Below are positions 9,730 to 18,483 of a stretch of 64,000 nt of DNA, one piece after another. This DNA is from Oceanispirochaeta sp. (GTDB taxonomy: Bacteria > Spirochaetota > Spirochaetia > DSM-2461). The stretch is from the NCBI GenBank assembly GCA_963666275.2, contig CAXXOA010000001.1, forward strand, positions 448,001-512,000, read 5' to 3'. The position numbers were made by a program, and so were the translations under genes. The notes below the pieces were generated by a model that saw only the letters and a program-made list of their open reading frames with translations, was not told the DNA's origin and made no database searches. Position 1 is the first letter of the stretch, and the number at the start of each line of letters is the position of its first letter.

Positions 9730-11037
9730 ATGAAAAAAAATATAGTGATTTTAAGTCTGATTCTCTTTTGGACAGCAGGGCTGACAGCCGAAACCGGCGC
9801 TCCTCTGGTGATTACAGAAAAGTCCGCTGTAGAACTGGCCCTGGAAAGGAATGTAAATCTTCAGACTGCTGATATCGATCGTGAAAGCGCAGAGGATTCC
9901 TTCCGGAACAGATGGAATGTTCTGCTCCCGGACTTGACTGCTTCCGGCGGTCTCTCCCGTTCGGATTCTCTTCTGGAAGAGTCCGCTGTCGATAGTACCT
10001 GGAGTGTGAACGGAACCCTGTCGGCCAAACTGGATCTCAATTTTTCCTCCGCCTATACCTTTGAGGATTCCGAACTTGCCTATCAGGCGGAAAATCTCAT
10101 TTTTGATGATACTGAAACCCAGCTCATTAGGAATGTGAAGAAACAGTTCTACTATCTTCTGGTTTCCAAGGAAAACCTGGCTCTTCAGGAGAGAAACCTT
10201 GAACTGGCCGAGAAAAGGTATCTGCAGGAAGAAACCAATTACTCCAATGGTCTGGCTTCCCAGCTGACTGTCCTGGAAGCCCGTAACTCTTTCGAAGGAC
10301 TGAAGCCTACCCTTCAGGAAACAAAGACATCCTATGAAACGCAGCTTATGTCATTTAAAAAACTCCTGGGACTGGATCTTGAGCAGCTCATTGATGTAGA
10401 GGGGACTCTGACAGGAATTGATCTTGAACTTAAAGGAGATGATCTTCTGGATGCATTTCTTATGCAGAGGAATGATATTCTCAGTGCGGTGAATGCCCTG
10501 AAATCCGCAGAAAATCAGCTGGCCATGACCAGCGCCGGCTATCTGAGTCCCTCTCTGTCACTCAGTTCCGGATGGACCAGTTCCGCTCCTGATGCAGCCA
10601 ATCCCGAATGGAGCAATAGTCTGACCCTGTCGGCCTCTCTCTCTCTGCCTCTGAACGGACTTATACCCGGATCTTCCGAATCCCTGGCCATAAAAGACGC
10701 CCGCAGAGCAGTAGAGCAGGCCCGGCTGAATCTGGAAGATACAGTTTTTACAGCGGAGCAGGATATCCGCACCATTCTGATGGAACTGGACGGTTACAGA
10801 GAAAACATCGAGATTACCGAACTGAGTGTGGATCTGGCACAGAAAACCTTTGATATGACAGAAGAGGCATATCTTCTGGGATCCCGAGAGGTTCTGGATG
10901 TGGAAGATGCACAGAACAACCTGCTGGAAGCGGAGCAGGATCTGCTTCTGAGCAGATATAACTATCTGGCTGGTCTTCTTGATCTTGAATATGCCCTGAA
11001 TGCAGATCTGGATGAAATACGGAATATAGGAGAATAA
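9730..11037 (+). CDS. TolC-family outer membrane efflux protein
   Basis: Signal peptide, two OEP-like helical repeats, first gene of the MFP-RND operon. Confidence 0.88.
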   Translation: MKKNIVILSLILFWTAGLTAETGAPLVITEKSAVELALERNVNLQTADIDRESAEDSFRNRWNVLLPDLTASGGLSRSDSLLEESAVDSTWSVNGTLSAKLDLNFSSAYTFEDSELAYQAENLIFDDTETQLIRNVKKQFYYLLVSKENLALQERNLELAEKRYLQEETNYSNGLASQLTVLEARNSFEGLKPTLQETKTSYETQLMSFKKLLGLDLEQLIDVEGTLTGIDLELKGDDLLDAFLMQRNDILSAVNALKSAENQLAMTSAGYLSPSLSLSSGWTSSAPDAANPEWSNSLTLSASLSLPLNGLIPGSSESLAIKDARRAVEQARLNLEDTVFTAEQDIRTILMELDGYRENIEITELSVDLAQKTFDMTEEAYLLGSREVLDVEDAQNNLLEAEQDLLLSRYNYLAGLLDLEYALNADLDEIRNIGE

Positions 11038-11040
11038 ACG

Positions 11041-11997
11041 ATGAATGATACAAAGAAAAGCAGAAAAGTTACAACAACAGGGATCATACTGGTCCTCTTA
11101 ATCCTTGCCGCCGGAGGTATTATCGGGTTCACCATGCTCAAACAGGACGCCCCCATTGCCGGTGGCCCCGGAAGCCCCGGGGGAGCCATGCCCGGAGGGG
11201 AAGAATCGGTGACCTATACAGTGGGAGCAGAAGAAATCGTTCCGGTTACCATGGAGGACTATCTGAAGTTCAACGGGGATGTGATTGCTGAAAACAGTGT
11301 GGATATCTACCCCGATGCGGCAGGTAAACTGATGAATCTCAATGTTTCTCTGGGGAGCTATGTTCGGAAAGGCCAGATCATAGCCCAAGTGGATCCCTCT
11401 CTGCCCGGCCAGGTCTATGAGGCCAGTCCGGTAAAATCCACCATAACAGGAACTGTAACGGATCTGCCCTTTAAAGTGGGAGCCACGATCTCTTCCACCA
11501 CAGTTCCCCTTGCAACGGTCGGGAATCTGGAGGATCTGCAGATCGTCAGCTATATTTCTGAAAAATATATGGCAGCGGCTGCTCTTGGACAGAGTGCGGA
11601 AGTTACTTTTGAACCCTACGGGAATCAGATCTTCTATGGAACTCTCACGGAGATAAGCCCGGTGGTGGATAAAAATTCACGAACCCTGGAGATCACAATA
11701 TCTCTGGATGAGTCGGACAGTCAGATTAAATCGGGAATGTTCGGTTCCGTCAGGCTTATTACGGATGTTAAAGAGAACATTTTTTCACTCCCCTCAGAGT
11801 GTATTCTGGATACTGCAGAAGGGGAGTTTGTCTATGTTGTTACTGATGATAATACAGTAAATCAGCGTTTTATCGAAAAGGGCCTTGAGATTGACGGATT
11901 TGTTGAGATCACTTCAGGCCTATCCGAAGGTGAACTGGTTGTGACCAGGGGGGTCTCCATGCTCAGAGAAGGATCTTCCGTCAGAATTGCTCAGTAG
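11041..11997 (+). CDS. RND efflux periplasmic adaptor (MFP) subunit
   Basis: N-terminal TM, lipoyl-like GSYVRKGQIIA, ISPVVD..SRT, KSGMF and VVTRG motifs. Confidence 0.9.
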   Translation: MNDTKKSRKVTTTGIILVLLILAAGGIIGFTMLKQDAPIAGGPGSPGGAMPGGEESVTYTVGAEEIVPVTMEDYLKFNGDVIAENSVDIYPDAAGKLMNLNVSLGSYVRKGQIIAQVDPSLPGQVYEASPVKSTITGTVTDLPFKVGATISSTTVPLATVGNLEDLQIVSYISEKYMAAAALGQSAEVTFEPYGNQIFYGTLTEISPVVDKNSRTLEITISLDESDSQIKSGMFGSVRLITDVKENIFSLPSECILDTAEGEFVYVVTDDNTVNQRFIEKGLEIDGFVEITSGLSEGELVVTRGVSMLREGSSVRIAQ

Positions 11998-12006
11998 GAG
12001 TCTTAA

Positions 12007-15000
12007 ATGAATTTAACAGAAACAGTAGTCCGCCGTCCTGTGACGGTAATTATATTATTTGCCCTTTTTATCGGGCTTGCGGCTTTTCTTGTCCCCTCAA
12101 TTCCGGTAGAGCTTTTTCCGGATATGGAAATGCCTGTTATTATGATCAATACCCAGTACACCGGAGCCGGTCCGGAGGATGTGGAACGCAATATCACGGA
12201 AGTTCTGGAACAGCAGCTCTCAAATGTGAGTGATCTTGAATCTATCTCCTCTACCTCATCCGAGGGGTACAGCAGAATCAGTATGGAGTTTGACTACTCC
12301 AAGGATCTTGACGAAGCAACCAGTGACATCCGGGATAAACTGGAGATGGTTTCGGGTATGCTGCCCGATGAAGCGGGGAGCCCCACTATATTTAAGATGA
12401 ACAGCGATAATATGCCTATTATGACTCTGGCTGTGCTGGGAGACCTTTCCCAGAACGAGCTGCGGTCCATTGCGGAAGACTCGGTAGAGCCCCTCCTAGA
12501 AAGGATCGGAGGTGTTGCATCTGTCTCTGTTCAGGGAGGACAGGATGAGATCATTCAGGTAAATGTATCTCAGAACCGTCTGGAAGCCTACAACCTGACC
12601 CTGACGAGTGTAGCCAGTGCTCTGGACAGTCAGAACTATCAGGTAGGTTCTGGGAGTATACGGGAAGGAATGACCGAATACCTGATCAGAACCGATGCCG
12701 AGTTTGATACACTGGAAGATATTGAAAACGTTGTGGTCAGTTATACCTCTGTCGGATCAGATTCGGATTTGAAGGAGATCCTTCTGAAGGATCTGGCCGA
12801 TGTGGTAAGAACCAATACGGATGAGGACAACCGGGTTTATATCAATAGCGAATACGGAGTAACCCTTTCTATTCAGAAAGAGTCGGATGCCAACAGTATC
12901 TCTGTTTCTGACAGCGTGACCGCCAGTCTGGTTTCAATCAGTGAGGATCTGCCCGACGGAGTGGATGTTCTGGTGCTTTCTGACGATTCCACCGAAGTGG
13001 AATCCATCATGCAGCAGACCTATATTTCTCTTTTTCAGGGAGTCCTTCTTGCGATGCTGGTACTGTTCCTCTTTCTCAGAAGTTGGTCCAGTACTCTTAT
13101 CATCGCTTTTTCCATCCCCCTGTCGATATTTATCACAATCCTTTTTATGTACTTCATGGGGCTGACAATCAACCTGATGACTTTGACTGGCCTGATTCTG
13201 GGACTGGGAATGGTTGTAGACGGTTCCATTGTTATCCAAGAGAATATTTTCAAGTTCCGGGAACGGGGAACCAAGCTGGCTTCATCGGCTATTCTGGGAA
13301 GCCGGGAAATGGTGATGTCCATTACCGCTTCAACTCTTACCACTGTCTGTGTATTTATTCCCATTATCCTGTTTGCGGATGATCTGGGCATGATCGGACA
13401 GATTTTCCGTTCCCTTTCCTGGACAATAATCATTGCCCTCTCAGTTTCACTTTTGGTGGCTCTGACATTTGTTCCTACCATGTCTGCCAACTATCTCAAG
13501 GTGTACACAAGAAAGCAGAGACCCCTGAAAGTCCGGGCGCTTGTCAAAGCGGATCAGGCTTTTGAAAAAGCCTTTGGCGGGCTGGATCGGGGATATGAGA
13601 AACTTCTGAGCCGACTGATGGATCATAAAGGAAAGGTCCTGATTCTGGTGGCTCTTCTTCTATTTCTGGCAATCCGCGGATTTGCCAATATGGGAATTAT
13701 TCTGGCGCCGCCTATGAGTGAGGACTCTGTTACGGTCTCCATGACTCTGCCTCAGGGAACTCCGCTGGATGAAACTGAGCAGTATATCCTGCAGCTGGCT
13801 TCGGTTGTGGAGGAAACAGGTGGATACGAGAACATGATTGTAACAGCAGGCGGTTCCAGCAGAATGGGAGGTAGTTCCAGCAGCAATGAAGCAACCATTG
13901 AAATCACTCTCCCAGAATATAAGGAACAAACTGTTAGTGCTACGGATCTCAAGAGTATCCTCCGGAGCCATTTTAATGACTTTCCTGCGGCAGAAGTGGA
14001 GTTTTCTTCCCGGGGACCCGGATTGGGAAATGATAATCCGGTGGATATTCTGATCAAGTCGGAAGACATGGACGGTGCTGTGGAGTTTGCGGAAGAACTG
14101 AAACAGATGATTACGGACAATCTGCCTGGTGTGACAGAACCGGCAACCGATATGGATGAAGGAATCCCTGAGCTGGAAGTGGTTATTGATCGTCAGCGGG
14201 CCTATAACCTGGGGCTGGATATGTATTCCGTTGCCAATGAAATCAGTGCCAGCATGAACGGAACGACCGCCACAACATACAGAGTCGGCGGAGAAGAGCT
14301 CGACGTAGAGCTGATACTGCAGGAAGAGGATAAAAGCAGTGTTCCCGATCTTAATAAGATATTTGTTGTGAACAGTTCCGGAACAAGTATTGCGGTCTCC
14401 AATGTAGCTTATCTTGAAAAATCAGTTGGTCCGGTCTCAATCAACAGAGAAGATGAAATGCGGACCGTCCATGTCACCGGCGGTCTCTCCGACGGGTATG
14501 CCTCTACGGATGCCCAGAGAGATATTATGGAAATGATAGAAACCAGGATGGTCGTTCCCGACGGGATCGTATACAGCCTGGGAGGAGACTTCAGGGACAT
14601 TTCCGAAACGGGAAGCCAGCTGATGATCGTCGGCGTCATTGCCATCCTGCTTGTTTTCGGTATCATGGCGGCCCAGTTCGAGTCCCTGAAGGATCCTTTT
14701 ATTATCTTCTTCACCATTCCCCTGATGCTCATCGGTGTGGTGGCGTTCTACACCTTTTCGGGGCAGACCTTCAGCCTGATGTCGGCGGTGGGGCTGGTTG
14801 TTCTTGTAGGACTGGTTGTGAACAGCGGTATCGTCCTTGTGGACTATACAAACCTGCTGCTGAAACGGGGCTATAAGCTGAGAGACGCCTGTATCGCCGC
14901 TGGAGGCAGCCGGCTGAGGCCCATTCTGATGACTACGGCTACGACCATACTGGGAATGTTCCCTCTGGCGTTTTTCGGCGCCGCCGGAACCGAGCAGGTT

Positions 15001-15108
15001 CAGCCCATTGCCCAGACTATTATCGGCGGTCTTCTGGCCAGTTCGATTATGACTCTATTTGTTACCCCCGTACTGTTCGCGGTTATGAACAGAAGGAAAT
15101 ATGCATGA
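12007..15108 (+). CDS. RND efflux transporter permease (AcrB/AcrD/AcrF family)
   Basis: 1033 aa with RRPVT start, GMVVDGSIV and SRLRPILMT motifs and a 12-TM layout. Confidence 0.95.
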   Translation: MNLTETVVRRPVTVIILFALFIGLAAFLVPSIPVELFPDMEMPVIMINTQYTGAGPEDVERNITEVLEQQLSNVSDLESISSTSSEGYSRISMEFDYSKDLDEATSDIRDKLEMVSGMLPDEAGSPTIFKMNSDNMPIMTLAVLGDLSQNELRSIAEDSVEPLLERIGGVASVSVQGGQDEIIQVNVSQNRLEAYNLTLTSVASALDSQNYQVGSGSIREGMTEYLIRTDAEFDTLEDIENVVVSYTSVGSDSDLKEILLKDLADVVRTNTDEDNRVYINSEYGVTLSIQKESDANSISVSDSVTASLVSISEDLPDGVDVLVLSDDSTEVESIMQQTYISLFQGVLLAMLVLFLFLRSWSSTLIIAFSIPLSIFITILFMYFMGLTINLMTLTGLILGLGMVVDGSIVIQENIFKFRERGTKLASSAILGSREMVMSITASTLTTVCVFIPIILFADDLGMIGQIFRSLSWTIIIALSVSLLVALTFVPTMSANYLKVYTRKQRPLKVRALVKADQAFEKAFGGLDRGYEKLLSRLMDHKGKVLILVALLLFLAIRGFANMGIILAPPMSEDSVTVSMTLPQGTPLDETEQYILQLASVVEETGGYENMIVTAGGSSRMGGSSSSNEATIEITLPEYKEQTVSATDLKSILRSHFNDFPAAEVEFSSRGPGLGNDNPVDILIKSEDMDGAVEFAEELKQMITDNLPGVTEPATDMDEGIPELEVVIDRQRAYNLGLDMYSVANEISASMNGTTATTYRVGGEELDVELILQEEDKSSVPDLNKIFVVNSSGTSIAVSNVAYLEKSVGPVSINREDEMRTVHVTGGLSDGYASTDAQRDIMEMIETRMVVPDGIVYSLGGDFRDISETGSQLMIVGVIAILLVFGIMAAQFESLKDPFIIFFTIPLMLIGVVAFYTFSGQTFSLMSAVGLVVLVGLVVNSGIVLVDYTNLLLKRGYKLRDACIAAGGSRLRPILMTTATTILGMFPLAFFGAAGTEQVQPIAQTIIGGLLASSIMTLFVTPVLFAVMNRRKYA

Positions 15109-15401
15109 CACGACTGGAAATTATTGCCAATAATTCGGTGGAAGCGGATATCCGGGACGCCCTGAACCGGGTGGAACAGGATTTTCATTTTTCAAGGCTC
15201 AATGCGGTTCACGGCCGGGGGGGCAGCGATCCCAAAGAGGGGAACGCCGTCTGGCCCGAGGAGAACTTCATCTACATAATTTATACGGATGATGAAACAG
15301 CCGGGAAGTTTCTTGAAGCCCTCAGGGAAGTGAAGAAACAGTTCACTCTGGAGGGAATCAAGGTGTTCGCCATCCCCTTCGCAGAGCCTGTGGATATTTA
15401 G
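15105..15401 (+). CDS. P-II-like small transporter-associated protein (PG0541-like)
   Basis: 98 aa with VHGRGGSDPKEGNAVWP motif; ATGA overlap with the RND stop codon. Confidence 0.7.
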   Translation: MTRLEIIANNSVEADIRDALNRVEQDFHFSRLNAVHGRGGSDPKEGNAVWPEENFIYIIYTDDETAGKFLEALREVKKQFTLEGIKVFAIPFAEPVDI

Positions 15402-15409
15402 CTTTCCTT

Positions 15410-15440
15410 CCGGCCCCTCTCCTGCAGGGTGAGGGGCCGG
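15410..15440. repeat. GC-rich palindrome after the RND operon (possible terminator or REP-like unit)
   Basis: CCGGCCCCTC-N11-GAGGGGCCGG. Confidence 0.6.
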
Positions 15441-15444
15441 GATC

Positions 15445-15816
15445 TCTGAGGATAAGAGACGCGATGAATCGCGTCTGTACGGGGGGCATGGCTGATAAGA
15501 TATCTTCTGGAAAGTGAGCTGCTTTTTTCCCTCTCCTTTCATCCCCCGGTTTCTCTCCTGCAGAGAGAGGGAAGATTTCTGAGGATAAGAGACGCGATTC
15601 ATCGCGTCTGTACGGGGGGCATAGCTGATAAGATATCTTCTGGAAAGTGAGCTGCTTTTTTCCCTCTCCTTTCATCCCCCGGTTTCTCTCCTGCTGAGAG
15701 AGGGAAGATTTCTGAGGATAAGAGACGCGATGAATCGCGTCTGTACGGGGGGCATGGCTGATAAGATATCTTCTGGAAAGTGAGCTGCTTTTTTTCCTCT
15801 CCTTTCATCCCCCGGT
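15445..15816. repeat. Tandem array of about 2.8 x 133-bp units containing REP-like palindromes
   Basis: Near-identical units start at 15445, 15578 and 15711; each contains AGACGCGAT(GA/TC)ATCGCGTCTGTAC. Confidence 0.95.
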
Positions 15817-15892
15817 CCCTGAGCGGAGCCGAGAGTGGCTTTCTGTTGCCTTCATTCCTTTTATCCCCGGTCCCTGAGCGGAGCCGAAGGGG
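15810..15892. repeat. Two direct copies of the CCCCGGTCCCTGAGCGGAGCCGA motif
   Basis: Copies at 15810-15832 and 15865-15887. Confidence 0.85.
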
Positions 15893-15958
15893 AGTCTTAT
15901 GTTTATAAAGCAATGATTTGCTTGTAATCTTCTGCTGATTGTGGGTATTTTTAAGTAT

Positions 15959-16675
15959 ATGGAACCGAAAAGCACAAAGATCTATCACTATCTGGAGCGT
16001 AAAATCATCAAAGGGGACTATAAACCCGGCGACAAGCTTCCCTCGGAGTCAGAACTTTGTAAAAAATTTAAAGTCTCCCGGGGGCCTGTGAGGGCTGCTC
16101 TGGATCAATTGACCGCCATAGGACTGGTGTCCAAGAAGAAGGGCGGGGGATCCTTTGTCTGTGAGCAGGACTCTTCCAGTTATTTCAACTCTGTTCTCCC
16201 GACGCTTCGGTTCAATACAAGGGATTACAGGGAGATCCTGGAACTCCGCTGTTCCCTGGATAAAATGAGCATAGAACTGTGCCTTGAAAATCATAATGCC
16301 AACGACTACTCCGAGCTGGCTGAGATTATGGCAGCCATGGAAAGAGAGCACACCATAGACGAATATTTCAGTCTGGACAGAACTTTTCATACTATCCTGT
16401 CGGGCCTGTCGGGCAACCGGCTGCTCCATAACTTCAATCTCCTTATCTGGGATCTTCTTCAGCACTGTCCCAGAGAGGAGTACTATGCGGAAAGCCGGGA
16501 GGTCAGGGTCGCTGAACATCGCAGAATCTATGACAGTATCCGGGACAATGATGCGGAACTGGCCGTCCTCTACACCCTCAGGCATCTGAAAAGGATGCTC
16601 AATCAGGATCAGCAGCAGCAGGATCCTTCCGAAGATTCCCACAGATGGAATCCCTGGCTCTACGATACCCTTTAA
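15959..16675 (+). CDS. GntR/FadR-family transcriptional regulator
   Basis: PGDKLPSESEL...VSRGPVRAAL wHTH plus FCD domain (DRTFH, EHRRIY). The ORF track start is GTG 15941; ATG 15959 is preferred. Confidence 0.92.
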   Translation: MEPKSTKIYHYLERKIIKGDYKPGDKLPSESELCKKFKVSRGPVRAALDQLTAIGLVSKKKGGGSFVCEQDSSSYFNSVLPTLRFNTRDYREILELRCSLDKMSIELCLENHNANDYSELAEIMAAMEREHTIDEYFSLDRTFHTILSGLSGNRLLHNFNLLIWDLLQHCPREEYYAESREVRVAEHRRIYDSIRDNDAELAVLYTLRHLKRMLNQDQQQQDPSEDSHRWNPWLYDTL

Positions 16676-16793
16676 GTTCACAGCTTTTACTCTTCGAATC
16701 CTCCCTTTTTTTCTCATTATCAGTGAACCAACCCGGTCAAAAATGAATTTTACAGAATTAATTTTACAGGATAGAAAAACCCATGATATTATC

Positions 16794-16870
16794 AACTTGT
16801 AGTACAGGTTTAAATAAAAAGGGGCTTTATTCTCTCTCTTTGGAGTAAAGTTTGTGATCTGTATTACAGA
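16794..16870. promoter_or_regulatory. Two FadR-type operator palindromes upstream of the GntP permeases
   Basis: AACTTGT-AGT-ACAGGTT (16794-16810) and TCTGT-ATT-ACAGA (16858-16870), resembling the FadR TNGT-N3-ACNA pattern. Confidence 0.65.
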
Positions 16871-16897
16871 AAAAACCGTTTTTGGAGGATTTATTGT

Positions 16898-18283
16898 ATG
16901 GGTTTAGTAATGATCCTGCTCCTTGTCGTCTCGATTATCCTAATCGTGGTGGCTACTTCTGTTTATAAGCTGCATCCTTTCATTGCCCTGATTTTTGCAG
17001 CCCTTTTTGTCGGTCTGGGAGCGTCTGCTCTGGGACAGTTCGATGTCATGGAGGTTGAGGCCACGATCCGGTCCGGTTTCGGAGGCATCCTCGCCTATAT
17101 CGGTATTGTGATTGTTCTGGGAACAATCATCGGTGTATTCCTGGAAAAATCCGGTGCCGCATTGAAAATGGCCGACACTATTCTGAAAGCAGTGGGGCCT
17201 AAAAGACCGGGACTGGCCATGAGCATCATCGGATGGTTTGTATCCATTCCTGTTTTCTGCGACTCCGGTTATGTCATCCTTTCCGCTCTGAGAAAGTCTG
17301 TAACTCATAAAGCCAAAGTCTCTGCGACTATGATGAGTGTGGCTCTGGCAACAGGTCTGTATGCTTCCCATACTCTTGTTCCTCCCACGCCCGGCCCCAT
17401 TGCGGCCGCAGGAAACCTGGGCCTGGAAGACAGCCTGGGTCTGGTTATTATCTTCGGCGGAATCATCTCCATTTTCACCATGCTGGCCGGTTTCTTCTGG
17501 GCTAAATACATCGGCGGTAAAATCCAGATTCAGGAAGATCTGGACAACGCGGAAGCCTGGAAAAAGGGTCTGGATCTGGAAGAAGAGCTGATTGAAGAAA
17601 AATACGGCAAACTGCCCTCGGGTTTTATGGCATTTGCTCCTATCCTCATTCCCATTATTCTCATTGCCCTGGGAACCATAGCCTCTTTCCCCGGAAACCT
17701 GATGGGAACCGGATTTATCGCAAACTTCTTCAAGTTCTTCGGTAAGCCCGTTATGGCGCTTCTTGTGGGATTTTTCTTTGCTCTGGGACTGGCTCCCAAG
17801 CTGAACGAAGAAGTGCTTATGAAATGGATTGGAGAAGGCATCAAGATCGCCGGTCCCATTATCCTGATCACCGGAGCCGGCGGTGCTTTCGGAGCTATAA
17901 TCAAAGCCACTCCCGTGGCCGCCTATCTGGGTGATTCCATGAGCGGATGGAGCGTTGGTATCCTTGTTCCCTTCTTTATCGCGGCAGCTCTTAAAACCGC
18001 CCAGGGTTCTTCTACCACGGCGCTGGTGACAACCTCTGCTCTGATGGCTCCGCTCCTGGGATCACTGGGACTGGATTCCACCATCGGCGCGGTTCTGACA
18101 GTTATGAGTATTGGTGCGGGAGCCATGACAGTTTCTCATGCCAACGACTCCTACTTCTGGGTTGTGGCCCAGTTTACAGGTATGGATGTTAAAACGGCCT
18201 ATAAGTCTCAGACCATGGCGACCCTCATTCAGGGTGTGGTGACCATTATTATTGTCACAATCCTGTCGTTTATTCTGCTGTAA
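16898..18283 (+). CDS. GntP-family permease (copy 1)
   Basis: KLHPFIAL, SIPVFCDSG, LVPPTPGP, KTAQGSST and SHANDSYFW motifs. Confidence 0.92.
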   Translation: MGLVMILLLVVSIILIVVATSVYKLHPFIALIFAALFVGLGASALGQFDVMEVEATIRSGFGGILAYIGIVIVLGTIIGVFLEKSGAALKMADTILKAVGPKRPGLAMSIIGWFVSIPVFCDSGYVILSALRKSVTHKAKVSATMMSVALATGLYASHTLVPPTPGPIAAAGNLGLEDSLGLVIIFGGIISIFTMLAGFFWAKYIGGKIQIQEDLDNAEAWKKGLDLEEELIEEKYGKLPSGFMAFAPILIPIILIALGTIASFPGNLMGTGFIANFFKFFGKPVMALLVGFFFALGLAPKLNEEVLMKWIGEGIKIAGPIILITGAGGAFGAIIKATPVAAYLGDSMSGWSVGILVPFFIAAALKTAQGSSTTALVTTSALMAPLLGSLGLDSTIGAVLTVMSIGAGAMTVSHANDSYFWVVAQFTGMDVKTAYKSQTMATLIQGVVTIIIVTILSFILL

Positions 18284-18306
18284 AAGAGAAAATCATTTGT
18301 AATCAG

Positions 18307-18342
18307 GGGCTATGACGGGAAACTGTCATAGCCCTTTTTTTT
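18307..18342 (+). terminator. Rho-independent terminator between the two permease genes
   Basis: GGGCTATGACGG-GAAA-CTGTCATAGCCC followed by a T run. Confidence 0.8.
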
Positions 18343-18483
18343 CTGCATTCTCTATATTTAACATGCCGGGAGAGGTGGAAAGGGTCTTAAGACGGAGTTT
18401 CACTTCCCATCAGCGCAATATTCCGTTTTCAATAGAAAAATCTGTGTTACCATGGTTAGAAAATAGAGAAAACGGAGGAATAA

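Noticed and set aside
15445..15816. CRISPR array
   Set aside because: The sequences between palindromes are near-identical rather than unique spacers, the period is 133 bp, and no cas genes are present.
15192..15988. Three minus-strand ORFs with repeated peptide segments
   Set aside because: They are translations of the tandem repeat in shifting frames, with no protein family signal.
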